64,000 nt of DNA from Eledone cirrhosa. Taxonomy: Eukaryota. Below are positions 29,015-45,127 of the stretch, piece after piece. The translations under genes and the position numbers were made by a program. Where the stretch lies: the NCBI GenBank assembly GCA_964016885.1, contig OZ024745.1, forward strand, positions 75,392,001-75,456,000. The letters are read 5' to 3'. Below the pieces are notes generated by a model. It did no database searches and was not told the origin of the DNA. It saw nothing but the letters and a program-made list of their open reading frames with translations. Every line of letters begins with the position of its first letter. The stretch's first letter is position 1.

Positions 29015-29060
<46 letters not shown>

Positions 29061-29781
29061 GGAGAGAAAGGAGATATATCTATAGACATTAAGATATTTT
29101 GACTTTTATTTACATTTGAATAGTTCCAATAATATAATAGTGAAAATGTGATTAATTATGTTTATGTTTGAAGTAAATTTGACCTTAACTCTTTTCTAAC
29201 TACTCATCTTTATGTGTTCATAATGTTCATGCGTTTCTATTTCATCTCTCGCCTTCGTTATCTCTTTCTTCCTTTCAATCCTTCTTTTTTTTTATTTTTA
29301 CGCCCGCCAACACACATACCACACATCTGCACATATACTATCTTCCTCTTCTCTTCATACTCCATACACAACCACATATACACACACACAGTCACACAAA
29401 CACAAACATATATATGCACACACACACACACACACAAACACAAACACAAACATATATATGCACACACACACACACACACACACAAACACAAACACACAAA
29501 CACAAACACACACACACAAACACAAACACAAACACACACACACACAAACACAAACACAAACACACACACACACATACACACACACAAACACACACACACA
29601 TATATATATATTTATATGCACAAACTCATATACGCATACACATACATAGTAATATGCATACACAAATCATAGGTTTCTTTTGAAATTGCTTCATAGTTCC
29701 GGCAGTTTGTGCATATTATGAGCCTATAACATAACAGGTCTACCAATGAACCAATGAATATTGAACAGGCAGCCCACAGTG

Positions 29782-29853
<72 letters not shown>

Positions 29854-30042
29854 GTATGTGTGTGCATCCATCAAGATAGAGTCAGATTAAAATTAGTCAG
29901 ACCATTACTCAAGAGAGTACTTGATACTTGGGGTAGTAGAGTATGGTTATATTATTAAGAGTCGAGACCCGATGGCTGAGCTCTTGACGTTTCAACAGAT
30001 AGTTCCAGACTCGAGTCATTACAATATATATATATAAATATA

Positions 30043-30232
30043 TAAAACAAAGGAATTGTGGTAAGGAACCAGATGGACCATAACGCACCAGAGTCCTCAA
30101 TACTTAGGGTAGTAGAGTGGGAAATAGGAAAAAGTATGACCCCGACGGCAGAGCTCAAGCCGTTTCGACGGCTATTTGTGGTCCACAAATAGCCGTCGAA
30201 ACGGCTTGAGCTCTGCCGTCGGGGTCATACTT

Positions 30233-30238
<6 letters not shown>
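30043..30238 (-). mobile_element. Family C fold-back mini-element (diverged relative at 29860-30020)
   Basis: Tail plus perfect ~53-bp inverted repeat centred at ~30182. Confidence 0.85.
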
Positions 30239-30250
<12 letters not shown>

Positions 30251-30273
<23 letters not shown>

Positions 30274-30657
30274 TGACTATAATATATTTTCCCACTATTA
30301 ATTTTGGTAAGGTGTGAAAAGCTCAATGTGTGCTTGAAATCTATAACAAGTAGAGATTCAAAACAATTGAAAGTCTTCTGAAATGTTAAAGTTCCTGTTG
30401 TTAAAGACAGTGATGTCAGCAGGGCATACCTATTTAAATTGAAGAAAACCAAGGTTTTTAAATTAAATCCATCTTTAATCTCTACAATCGTTTCTATACA
30501 GGTGTTTGTATACTAAGTGAATAATTATTAATTAATTTATTATAACTGATTAATTCATTGTTTGTATGTATATACAAACTTCTCATCTGTATAAAAACGA
30601 TTGTAGGGATTAAAGATGAATTTAATTTAAAAACCTTTGTTGTTTTCAATTTGAATA
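30251..30657. mobile_element. Old fold-back element of the same architecture
   Basis: Diverged ~70-bp inverted repeat 30431-30501 vs 30587-30657; TA flanks. Confidence 0.55.
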
Positions 30658-31559
30658 TATATATATGTATATATATAATAGAATTTCTATTGAAAAAGGA
30701 ATCATATCATTGAAACTTTCATGCTATTGTTATTTAGTCTCAGGTGCGTCCTAATTCAGAAAAATTATGAAGAACAACATTATACTTAACTGCACAATTG
30801 GTAATACTTGTAATAGCCATAGAAGCTAAGGTCATATACTATCATCTATCTAGTGAACTGTTACGTAGACACTATCAGCTATCCAGTTAACTGCGGTCAT
30901 ACATTATCTATTGAACAGGTAGCAAAATTATTAGCTACTCAAGTGAATTGTTTGAGTCAAACATTATCATCTACGTAATTAAGGATTAGCCCATCTACCC
31001 AGTGAATAGTGAGTCAAACATTATCAGCAATGAAAAGTTAGTGAACATTATGCGCTCTCTAATGATTTTGAGCCACAAAATTTAGTTGCGTTTGGAATTT
31101 AAATCCTATTGTAGTGATCTTCCCAACGTCTATGAGTAAGGATCAGTTGAGTTCTGAATCAGTTTAATCAATTATAGTCTTGCTCTAATTTCTATAATGT
31201 GCCTTATGGAATTAGGCATGGTTGAGTGGTCAAGAGGTTCGCTTCGGAATCATGAAGTTGTGTATTTAGTCGGACTTCTGGGCATATTGAACTGTTATCT
31301 TTAATCTTTAGCGTCAAGTCTTTAGCGTGAGTGAAAAAAAGTAGATGGAAACTATGTGGTAGCCCGTCAGATAGATTACACTTGTAATTCAATAATTGAG
31401 CCTGATTCGGGTTTAGAATTATATTAAGGGCACAAGTGTCTGTAGAATACTCAATCAATTCACAGTTGGTCATTCAGTCGAGGGAAGAACTGTATATATG
31501 TATGTATTTGGAAGCAACGGATGATCGATCATAATATATCCTACTGAATGGAAACAAAA

Positions 31560-31780
31560 TTATTGTTTCTACCATAGGCACAAGGCCAGCAATTTAAAGG
31601 GGAGGGGAAAGTCGATTAAATCGAGCCCAGTACATTACTGGTGCTTTATTTATCGACAACTTAAGGATGAAAGATAAAGCTGACCTCAGTGGAATTTGAA
31701 CTCAGAACGTAAAGGGCCGTAACTCTATGCTACAAAGCATGCTGTCCGACGCTCTAACGATACTGCCAAACCAGCGCCCT
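31560..31780 (-). mobile_element. tRNA-derived SINE (longer variant)
   Basis: Homologous to 3932-4120 with an extra ttaaaggggaggggaaagtcgattaaatcga segment; relative at 37678-37802. Confidence 0.85.
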
Positions 31781-32134
31781 AATAAGAATACAAATAATAA
31801 GAAGGATCAACAAGTTTTTATTTCTTCTGAATTCTTTCATTTGTGTTACTTTTCCAGTATCATAGAAATATTGGAAGAACCAAAATAAGCAGTTCTCACA
31901 CATCATCGTCTGATCCTTCTGGAGATACCGCCAATGGTGTTATCTGAAGTTATCGGCTGTTTCGGGTTTTTCAACATCAGACACCCTTACCCAGATGACC
32001 TTGCTCGGTTTGATTAAGTCACAGCTTACCTTTTAATAGACTGCGAACTAAAGTTAGCACAGGCATAATTAACTAACAAAAGAATATGCATACGCAGTAG
32101 TTTGAAATAGCATATGTATGTATGTATGTACGTA

Positions 32135-32705
32135 TGTACAACCTGTCCCATGGTCGGGTCGTTGGCGACTAAACTGGCAACCCCACCAAGGTTTCTTGGT
32201 GAGGAGGGTGACTTTGGACATCCTGCAGGACTAAAAATAAAACCTGTCAAAAGGCAAAGGAGCTCTTAAGAGTCAATGGCCATCCAAAATCACCGGGAGA
32301 GATGACCCCTTAGCCTTTGTCAAGGCAGAATTCTAGGAGAAGGAAAACTCTGATATAACACCTGCAACCCTGATGGTATCCAATGATGTTGACTTGTTCT
32401 TCTTTTTGGTAAATATCATCTTGGTTAAGAGAGTGGGACTGGCTTTGTGCAGTGCCTTTGCTCACTATAAAAGCTTCACGGCACAGGCATTGCTTTATAT
32501 CTGGAGATCTCTCTGCATTTGTCGTCACATGGTACCATGGGCCCAGCACTATGTGTCAATAATTGTCACAAGTGTAGTGTTTGTACCAGAGCTTTCAAGT
32601 CGCTGGCTGGACTAAAAAGTCACACTCGTTCAGAGCATCAGTAGGGGTTCTCCTACATGGATATAAAGTAGTGGCCGTACTCGAAAACGAGTTGGCAGCC
32701 ACCAT
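32135..32705 (+). mobile_element. Non-autonomous RTE-derived retroelement, longest copy
   Basis: Four near-identical copies sharing a 3' end (gtactcgaaaacgagttggcagccacca + microsatellite) with variable 5' ends; 32567-32644 reads HKCSVCTRAFKSLAGLKSHTRSEHQ* (C2H2 finger). Confidence 0.85.
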
Positions 32706-32715
32706 GTATGTATGT

Positions 32716-32755
<40 letters not shown>

Positions 32756-32995
32756 ATGTATGCATGTATGTATGTATGTATGTATGCATGTATGTATGTA
32801 TGTATGTATGTATGTATGCATGCATGTATGTATGTATGTATGTGTATGTATGTGTATATACACACACACAAATACAGAGACACAGAGACACATATATTGT
32901 TTATGGTTGAATCAACATCTAGCATAAGGCTAGCGCTTATTTTATCGACCCCGCATTGGTATATATTAAACACACACACACACACGCACACACAC

Positions 32996-33043
<48 letters not shown>

Positions 33044-33495
33044 GTAAGAGTCGGGGCTCGGCCGCAGCCGTTTAGCTCCGACAGCTTCTAATATAGTCAT
33101 ACTCTACTATCTCAAGTATCAAGTACTTTGTTGAATAATGATCTATCTAGTTTAATTCTGGTTTAATCCGGATATACATAGATACATACATACATACATA
33201 CATACATACATGCATACATACATACATATATACATACATACATACTGAAGTGCGGGTTTAACCGTTTAACCAATATATATGTGAGTAGAGAATAAAAAGA
33301 TTAAGATATATCTTTTGAAAGCAAAGGTGGCTATGACATCGGTATTTATATAAATGTATATATATATATATGCGTATATATATGTATGTGTGTGTATGTA
33401 TATATGTGTGTGTATGTATATGTATATATATATATATATATATGTGTGTATGTATATATATATATATATATGTGTGTATGTATATATATACATAT

Positions 33496-33572
<77 letters not shown>

Positions 33573-33590
33573 TTATATATATATACACAT

Positions 33591-33635
<45 letters not shown>

Positions 33636-34224
33636 TATATATATAGAAAGAGAGATATATATACATATATGGTATATAACGTAAGGTGAGTAGCGTTAAT
33701 AATTAACTTAAATTTTGAACACGTCATGTAATCTGTTAATCCATCATTATTGGTTCACATTTACTAAACGAATTAGGTTTAATATTAAATAATTTGCACT
33801 TATTAACAGTCAGACATAACTTATTAACGTTGCTTGTGGTTAGTAAGTACTAAACAACACTAAAAGAACATTAAGTCGAATTAATCAACCAACTTAATTA
33901 TTAGGTTCATAAGGACTGTCTATTGGCAAAATAAACAACATAAAAAAACAACAAAAAAACAACACCAAAAACGAAAGAAAAATAACAAAAACAGAAACAA
34001 AACATCAGTGTGTTTATCTGAATATCTAACAGTATTTAGTATTGTTCAAATAGTAAGTTCAAATACTACCAAGTACAATCTGTCTAATGTTACTTTTTAA
34101 AATATATATATATTGGGTCATCAAGTATTTGTTGAAGTTCGTAAGAAAAAAAGCAAAAACAAATTCCCACAAATTTCATACTTGACTATCCAATATGTAT
34201 ATATATATATATATACATATACTG

Positions 34225-34295
<71 letters not shown>

Positions 34296-34327
34296 CTGTA
34301 TATATAATATATATATATATATGTATA

Positions 34328-34400
<73 letters not shown>

Positions 34401-34403
34401 CAG

Positions 34404-34478
<75 letters not shown>

Positions 34479-34481
34479 CAG

Positions 34482-34522
<41 letters not shown>

Positions 34523-34550
34523 CACTATATGTATATATATATATATACAG

Positions 34551-34634
<84 letters not shown>

Positions 34635-34661
34635 TATATACATATACATATGTATATATAC

Positions 34662-34747
<86 letters not shown>

Positions 34748-34976
34748 ATATATATATCTATATATATCTATATATCGATCGACTTTCGTCAAATCGGACC
34801 GAGGAAACAATGTTTCCGTTGGTCTCTCCAGTTGCTAATACTATCTATCGGTCGCAACTCCAGGTAGAAGGAACAGCGTGAAATAATGTGTCTTGCTCAA
34901 GGACATAACGCATCGCCCGCTCCAGGAAGCGAACTCACAATATATATATATGTATATACATACATATACATACATT

Positions 34977-35081
<105 letters not shown>

Positions 35082-35152
35082 ATATACCTATATATATATA
35101 TATATACATATATACACACACATATATATATATGTATATATATGTATATGTA

Positions 35153-35266
<114 letters not shown>

Positions 35267-35289
35267 GTATATACATACATATACATACA

Positions 35290-35322
<33 letters not shown>

Positions 35323-35331
35323 GTATATATA

Positions 35332-35431
<100 letters not shown>

Positions 35432-35500
35432 TATATATATATGTATATATATATATGTATATGTAATGTAGGAGTATATGAAAACTTATAAAAGATAGCA

Positions 35501-35534
<34 letters not shown>

Positions 35535-35610
35535 CATATATAAATATGTGTGTGTGTGAACATAGAGATTTAGTTTTACAAACTGATCTGGTTCCTGACA
35601 GAGTCCTAGT

Positions 35611-35667
35611 TGTTTACTTCCAGTGTTTACTTCCAGTGTTTACAATCCAGTGTTTACTTCCAGTGTT
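35611..35667. repeat. 13-bp tandem repeat (tgtttacttccag) x4
   Basis: Directly visible. Confidence 0.9.
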
Positions 35668-35988
35668 GTCTTCTAGACATCACAGTATTTACAACCTGTT
35701 TGATATAGTTTATCTCTAATTATTTGAAAGTGTTGAGTTTTAACTAAAAAAGTCAACCATTTTATCTTAAAGGAAAAACACGGTCGTCTGCTTACATTAT
35801 TCAATGGCTTTAGATCTATTGATATATTTGGGGAGGACGATGATGTCCTAATATTGCGAGAACAAACATATTTCAACACATGATCTCAATGATGTCAAAT
35901 ACATTTATAATTATTGTTTCCTGATTGCAGTGTCAAATTAAAATTATTTAGTATCTCATCTCTATATTATTTCAGAGGCAATCATACA

Positions 35989-36602
<614 letters not shown>

Positions 36603-36603
36603 G

Positions 36604-36666
<63 letters not shown>

Positions 36667-36679
36667 CATCTTGAAATGT

Positions 36680-37264
36680 ACATGTGCTGACAGGACGATA
36701 AAAGCAAATAGACCTGTAAAAGAGCAACATAACAAGGTCTCCTTATTTTAGATATGGGCATCCCATGTGATCAACATAACAAGGTCTGTTTATTGATAGA
36801 TATGAGCATCCCATGTGATCACAATATCACGGCAAAACAATTTGACAAGCTACGAAAATATAATTATTGAAATTAAGAAAATGTGGCACCTCAAGGCCGT
36901 TACAATACCAGTAATTGTGAGAGGACTGGGAATGATCAAGAAAGGAACAGAACAATATTTGCGAATGATTCCTGGTTTACCCTCTCTGCACGAGGTGCAA
37001 AAAATTGATTTGAATGGTACTGCACACGTATTGAGAAGAGCACTATCTCTGTAAGATTGATATCCCTCCTTGTATTTACATATGCATATGCACATGTGTA
37101 TATATATGTATACTTTAAAAAACATTTTTTTATTTAAAAAAAAATTATAATCAATGTGCTGTATTAACTAGCTTACCAATGCACACAGTGAATTTATTTG
37201 CCCTAGGTGTCAGGAAGACACTCGGAATATATCTCAGAAACAATAATGAAAGAAAATAAAAATG

Positions 37265-37312
<48 letters not shown>

Positions 37313-37343
37313 TTAATAATAATAATAATAATAATGGTAATAT
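36680..37343 (+). mobile_element. R4/Dong-clade non-LTR retrotransposon 3' fragment (restriction-like endonuclease) ending in (TAA)n
   Basis: [30 protein letters not shown] and IKKMWHLKAVTIPVIV.GLG...LHEVQKI..NGTAHVLRRAL; (AAT)n at 37265-37343; internal ~47-bp tandem duplication 36725-36819. Confidence 0.85.
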
Positions 37344-37799
37344 TACCTGGAAAAGAAATCGTCATCTCTTCATGGTAAGATGAAATGATAATAGAATAAG
37401 AATAAAAAGAAACTCAATCAGAAAGTTCAAATGCACATTTGAGAGACAAATATTTCTTTCGTAGTTAGTAAAAGTTTTTCATGTTTATATCTACAAATAC
37501 GTCATCTGTGTTGTATATTATAAGACGTCTTCGATGTGAATGAAATTATTTTAGAAACATCTTTACTTGTTTGTCAAGAAATTTGATAATAGAACCTCTG
37601 CTTACATCGTAGAAGTGTCAGTCATTATGGTTGTAATAACGTTTTTACTTACGTTTTAGTTAATGAGTATTTTGTAATAATTGTTTCTACTTTAGGTAAA
37701 AGGCAGCAATTTGAAGGGGAAGGAAAAGTCGATTAAATTGACCCAAGTGCATTACTGGTGCTTTATTTTATGAGTCCCGTAAATATGAGGGATTTGAAC

Positions 37800-38340
37800 T
37801 CAAGTATTTTGTAATAATAATATATCTTATAACTTAATAATATATATGATGTAATAATACATATTATAACTAATAATATATATTTTGACTTAAGAATATT
37901 TGAAATATGGCCTAATTGTTTGAAATTTAGTAATATATATTATCATTTAATAATAATATTGGGACTTAATAATATTTGAGATTAATATACATTATGACCT
38001 AGTATTATGACAAAAATATATATTATATTTTAATAAAACTTAACAATATTTGTGACTTAGTAATAAAATTATATATTATAACCTAATAATATATATTTTA
38101 ACTTAATAATGTTCCAGACTTATATAACGTCATAATATATTTATATTTTGATTTAATTGTATATATTATGACTTAATATTTAAGTTTTAATAAAATGTAT
38201 TATGACTTAATAATATTTGAGTCTTAATAAATTGTGCCTAAAATAGAAACAATTATGACTTAATCATATTTGATACTTAATAGTATATATCGTAACTTAA
38301 TAATATATAATATTTTTACAAAATAATATATAATATTTTT
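37800..38340. repeat. Degenerate AT-rich tandem repeat (tattatgacttaataata-like)
   Basis: Recurring gacttaataat motif. Confidence 0.65.
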
Positions 38341-38794
38341 ACGAAGTAAAAGTGAATTTAACAAAGAGTATTGTTTTGTTTATAATAATGGTTACAATAA
38401 TCTTACCACGATACAATTGTCTGGTTTTGTTTACCATTTCTTTGTCCTGACAACAATATAACAAATAAAAGAAGCGTAGCTCGTAGTATTTAATTTGTTG
38501 CGCCGTATTCTATATCGAAAGTGGTATTCTATATCGAAAGTGGTATTCTATGATAAATATCAAATGATACTACTGAAGAAAAAAATGAATTGTGTATGAA
38601 GAAGTGTATATATGGTTCTGGAAGATTATTTCATAATTTTGTAGTTCTTATATTTGTGTGAGTGTTTGACGGTTTCCGAAACTCGGATAAAGTTTCAACT
38701 TGTTGATGTTAACTGAAAATTACATGTTCAGTCGTAGTTTAGTTTATAGAAAATTTATGAAGAATACATAGACACACACATACATACATACATA

Positions 38795-38960
38795 CATGAT
38801 GGCTGCTCCCTCGTTATCGAGTATGGCCATTGCACGATATACCATTATTAATAATTATTAATTAATCCTATCTTGCGATGCCTGTGCGTGAAAATATTTT
38901 TTGAAGTGAGGAAAGACTGTGTACTGAGCCAATCCCACACTCTGAGCGACATTAGCTATA
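38795..38960 (-). mobile_element. Diverged relative of the RTE-derived family
   Basis: Reverse strand ends tggccatactcgataacgagggagcagccatca(tgta)n and shares gagtgtgggattggc...gcacaggcat. Confidence 0.7.
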
Positions 38961-38980
38961 ACCCGACATACATACATACA

Positions 38981-39013
<33 letters not shown>

Positions 39014-39085
39014 GCATACATACATTTATGTATAGGTTTATATACGAAAGGTCAACAAGGATAACAACACGGGAGAATACAATAT

Positions 39086-39250
39086 AATTGTTTCTACGTT
39101 TGGAACAAGGCCAGCAATTACTCAGTGCATTACTGGTACTTTATTTTATCGACCCCGTAAGGATGAAAGGCAACGTTAACCGGGACGGGATTTGAACTCA
39201 GACAGTAAAGGGACGTAACTATGCAGGAAAGCATGGCGTCCGACCCTCTA
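39086..39250 (-). mobile_element. tRNA-derived SINE
   Basis: Homologous to 4494-4683. Confidence 0.88.
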
Positions 39251-39344
39251 TTGAACGCTTGATATAATCTTACGGTTCGGATGTTAGTTCTTCATCAGGA
39301 GAGAGAATGAGACAAAGCTGAAGACAACACACACACACACACAC

Positions 39345-39462
<118 letters not shown>

Positions 39463-39480
39463 GTGAGGTTTTTTTTACAA

Positions 39481-39552
<72 letters not shown>

Positions 39553-39569
39553 GATAAACCTTATTAATA

Positions 39570-39653
<84 letters not shown>

Positions 39654-39743
39654 GAAAAAGAAGTTAAAAATACAATTGGAATCATTAATAAGGTTTATCT
39701 ACATTTAACAAGTCTGCTTGGCCACATATCACCCGATCTCTCT

Positions 39744-39785
39744 TAATTTTTGAAAATCATGAAACTTGTGAAACCGGTAAAGTTA
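39744..39785 (+). ncRNA. Degenerate hammerhead with U3-A8 core (distant family D relative)
   Basis: taattt-TTGAAAA-tcatgaaacttgt-GAAA-ccgg-TA-aagtta; stem I has different sequence but still pairs. Confidence 0.55.
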
Positions 39786-39888
39786 TAAATTATTGTAAAT
39801 AAAGCTTCTTAAAGACAATTGATTTTGCCTATATTTTTACCCGTGTGTGATATATTAAAAACAAGCTTACTTTCGAACACACACACGC

Positions 39889-39923
<35 letters not shown>

Positions 39924-40073
39924 CACACACATACACACACACAAATATATATATATAATAATCATTGCAATTTCCTACGTTAAATTACGATGATCATTGA
40001 AATGAAAATGGTGGCGAATAATCACGATATATCAGAATTAATTATAACTGAATGATTATACGTATATATGTGC

Positions 40074-40144
<71 letters not shown>

Positions 40145-40301
40145 TATATGTATGTATATATATATAATCATTCAGTTATAATTAATTCTGATATATCGTG
40201 ATTTTTCGCCAACATTTTCATTTCAATAATCATAATATATATTTATATATAATTATATATATGTATGTATGTATGTATATATATATATATATATATGTAT
40301 G

Positions 40302-40411
<110 letters not shown>

Positions 40412-40497
40412 TATAATATATATATATACACACATGAGTCGCACCTGTGTCCTCAAGTGTCTTCAGAAAAGACGGATTCATGTTTAGCTTTACTAAG

Positions 40498-40559
<62 letters not shown>

Positions 40560-40771
40560 GAAGTGGTAAGAAGTGGTAACAAACTCCCAGGAGAGCTGGA
40601 CAGCAGAAGGTCTTCAGAGAAAAACCCTCCTCGAGCGAGTTTTTCCGCGCTTATATCTGAACATTTTTCTTTTATTACTAAGATAATCCCTGGAGACAAA
40701 AATACGGCAAAAGATACTAATTCAATTCAATTTCCAAATTCCACGACCGTCTTCTAAACAGTTGATCGTAT

Positions 40772-40855
<84 letters not shown>

Positions 40856-40881
40856 ATATATATATGCGTATATATATATGC

Positions 40882-40920
<39 letters not shown>

Positions 40921-40939
40921 CATACATATATATATACAG

Positions 40940-41246
<307 letters not shown>

Positions 41247-41261
41247 ATATATACTTATATA

Positions 41262-41314
<53 letters not shown>

Positions 41315-41315
41315 C

Positions 41316-41351
<36 letters not shown>

Positions 41352-41556
41352 GAAAAATTCGGGACCCTGCTGGGCTCCGGGGCCCCGAATCATTCATATT
41401 ACCCACTCTACTACAAGTATCGAGTAATCTGATCATTAATGGTCTAACTGGCTTTTACCGCCTCCATTCTGATATATATGTATATATATCTATATATGTA
41501 TATATATATATACCGAACACTGTTCGTAACTGCACCCCTTTTTGTTTTTTACTTTT

Positions 41557-41614
<58 letters not shown>

Positions 41615-41619
<5 letters not shown>

Positions 41620-41777
41620 TAAATAACAGATTAAAGTTCAAGCAAAAAATCGGTGCTTGCACCCTTAACGGGATCTTCTGTTACTTAATAAATATTTGTT
41701 CTAGGTTTCTTATATATTTGATATATATTTATCTTTATCGAGCCTTCTTTGGATTTTAGTCTTCAAATTTATTATTA
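41615..41777 (+). mobile_element. Family E fold-back mini-element
   Basis: Inverted arm plus tail, TA flanks. Confidence 0.8.
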
Positions 41778-41863
41778 TATCTATCTATATATATATAGTA
41801 TATATATATGTTTTATATATATATATATATATATGTTTGTTATATATATATATATATGTTATA

Positions 41864-41905
<42 letters not shown>

Positions 41906-41990
41906 ATAAACATATATATATATATATATATATGTTTTAAAAGTTAATTTTTCTAACTATATATTTGATTATATAAAAATGAATAAATAA

Positions 41991-42046
<56 letters not shown>

Positions 42047-42050
<4 letters not shown>

Positions 42051-42184
42051 TACTGGACTAGAACTGTTTCATTATTGAGAAACCCTCATGAATCTGATGA
42101 TTTCTCAAGAATGATCATTTCTCCTGATGATTTCTCAAGAATGAAACAGTTCTAGTCCTGTAGAATCTCATCTATATTAAAACT
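42047..42184 (+). mobile_element. Family F fold-back mini-element with hammerhead core (42124-42168)
   Basis: Inverted repeat 42047-42082 vs 42131-42166; CTGATGA-tttctcaagaat-GAAA-cag...ctg-TA-gaatct; duplicated core segment. Confidence 0.75.
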
Positions 42185-42267
42185 TATCACCACCCCACTC
42201 TCCAGAGCGTGAAATTAATAAACATTCGTTGTACTGCCTCTCTGTTTTGTTCCTGTTCAAATTTTCC

Positions 42268-42362
<95 letters not shown>

Positions 42363-42702
42363 TTTTGATCCATATAATTGATTATATTTGCTGTGTTTAT
42401 ATCTTACCTTTACAACTTTTTCTTCCTAAATATCTACCGTTTCCTCAGACCAATATAGTATATAAACACATTGAACTAATTCTGAAACTACATGATAATT
42501 ATATACTATTATATATAATTCTCTCTATACATTTGAGCTTTATATGTATAGTTTATAGTTTAAGTAGTTAATTCAATTCAAACCCTATTGAATTCGAACT
42601 TTTAATATTTGATATTAAATCGTTGCCCTAATCTTTCACTTTCTGTATATTTTGTGCTCATCTTCAGGTGGTTTATGCTAGACGCAGATATCCATAGACA
42701 CA

Positions 42703-42817
<115 letters not shown>

Positions 42818-43008
42818 ATTTGCGAGGATGTCTGTGTGTATATATATATTGTTCATTGTGATTGTAGAAATGCGAGTATATGTTAAATTCCTGTGTCTAC
42901 ATGTAATCTTAACTATCAATGTATCTATCTATACAATTCTATGCAATTCTACACCTATAAACACACACTCAAACCCATATTTATATATTTATATACGTAC
43001 ATACATAG

Positions 43009-43066
<58 letters not shown>

Positions 43067-43158
43067 TCACACACACATATATATGTATGTGTGTATGTGC
43101 GTGTGGGTGTATTTGTATTGCATAATGAAAATAAAACAAAAGTCGGGGATAGTTCATT

Positions 43159-43258
43159 GTTTTACGACCGTTTCAGAGGGTTGATTGATCATCATCTTAG
43201 ATCGATATCTCGAGTAGCAGGAAGTCTCGAAATCTCTGATCAATCTCACCGTCTTCAT
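43159..43258 (-). ncRNA. 5'-truncated hammerhead with very long stem II
   Basis: Reverse strand: (a)TGAAGA-cggtgagattgatca...tgatcaatcaaccctct-GAAA-cggtcg-TA-aaac; truncated by a TA tract at C3. Confidence 0.5.
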
Positions 43259-43271
43259 ATATATATATATA

Positions 43272-43735
43272 TGGTGGCTGCCAACTCGTTTTCGAGTACG
43301 GCCACTACTTCACATCCATGTAGGAGAACCCCTACTGATGCGCTGAACGAGTGTGACTTTTTAGTCCAGCCAGCGACTTGAAAACTCTGGTACAAACACT
43401 GCACTTGTGACAATTATTGACACATAGTGCTGGGCCCATGGTACCATGTGACGATAAGTGCAGAGAGATCTCCAGATATAAAGCAATGCCTGTGCCGTGA
43501 AGCTTTTATAGTGAGCAAAGGCACTGCACAAAGCCAGTCCCACTCTCTTAACCAAGATGATATTTACCAAAAAGAAGAACAAGTCAACATCATTGGATAC
43601 CATCAGGGTTGCAGGTGTTATATCAGAGTTTTCCTTCTCCTAGAATTCTGCCTTGACAAAGGCTAAGGGGTCATCTCTCCCGGTGATTTTGGATGGCCAT
43701 TGGCTCTTAAGAGCTCCTTTGCCCTTTGACAATGT
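43272..43735 (-). mobile_element. Non-autonomous RTE-derived retroelement
   Basis: Near-identical to 32245-32705 in reverse. Confidence 0.88.
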
Positions 43736-43763
43736 ATGTATATATATATATATATACATACAT

Positions 43764-43806
<43 letters not shown>

Positions 43807-43892
43807 TGCCACAGCAATGACTGAGACCAGTAAAAGAATAACGAATATATATCCGATCCAATAAAATGTTCTTTATGCATAAATATGACACG

Positions 43893-44064
43893 CTGGTTTT
43901 AATAAGGCTCCAGCCTTTATTTGCGCTTCACCTTGTGCTGTGGGTTTATCTGGGATGTTGGTCAGCGGAATGTCGAGATTTCTCACGAAAACGTATTCAT
44001 GCACACCATGTAGATCTCTCAGGTTTTTGAGAAGTTTATGAAAGAGCTAGGGTCCTTTGAAACC
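43893..44064 (-). mobile_element. Decayed 3' end of a CR1/Jockey-group LINE ORF2
   Basis: Reverse strand translates GFKGP*LFHKLLKNLRDLHGVHEYVFVRNLDIPLTNIPDKP, resembling the GP.LFN.LP..LR......FK..LD..L..IPD.P LINE C-terminus. Confidence 0.6.
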
Positions 44065-44442
44065 CAGGCTATTGCAGTATGTAGCACTTTAATCTTTTAC
44101 GCACTAAAGCAGGCCCTCTGTGGCTCTTTAATCTTTAAACCACTAAAGCAACCTTGACGTGCTACTCATCCCAGCAAGGCCCCTAAGCTTCAGGGTAGTC
44201 AGCCTTCGAAATAATACAGCTCTGCTAGGAGACAGTAAAATATTATACAATACAGCTTCATAGTTATTTCAACTATCAAATGTCTATATGTTATATAGAA
44301 TAAGATTAAAAAAAACAAAAACTTGTTATTAATCCGGCAGATTAATGAAGTTCAGTATTGTGAACAGCTGTTGTGAACTTATTGATTGCTATAAATCTAA
44401 TTGATATTATTCTGTTCTATATTAATTACATAAGTTCGACTA

Positions 44443-44566
<124 letters not shown>

Positions 44567-44916
44567 ATGTTACTTTTAAAGTCATTAAAATATAAAATTC
44601 ATAAAAACAACAGGTATATACTGATGAAACGACTTAATAGATGTAGTTGACTCAAATTTGCCCTGGATAAACCAACACACACACATACACATATATAAAG
44701 TGTTCACGGTTCGAAAAGTGGAAAGATTACAAATCAAGGAAGTACTCGATGCATGTTGTTACAGAATAGGTATATATATATATATATATAGATATACGTT
44801 GATATATAGATAGATAGAGTGAGATTTAAACACACACACACGCACCTCGTATATATTTAAATCAAAAGCGGGTACTTCAAATCAATTTATTAATGTCTAT
44901 GCGCGTTTCAACTTCA

Positions 44917-44955
<39 letters not shown>

Positions 44956-44958
<3 letters not shown>

Positions 44959-45075
44959 TTTCTGAATTTGTTTAGCAAGATTCTTTATCTGAAATCGTGT
45001 GTTGAAACCGATATTGTTATACTTTGGGAGGGTCATGTTGCCAATAATGTTGGCAACATGACCCTCCCAAAGTAT

Positions 45076-45080
<5 letters not shown>
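44956..45080 (-). mobile_element. Family B minimal fold-back remnant
   Basis: Tail plus 31-bp inverted repeat with 5-nt spacer. Confidence 0.85.

Positions 45081-45127
<47 letters not shown>

Noticed and set aside
31780-32100. Possible exons (gtaag donors on minus strand, ttccag acceptor on plus strand)
   Set aside because: The frames I checked contain stops and no consistent exon could be built
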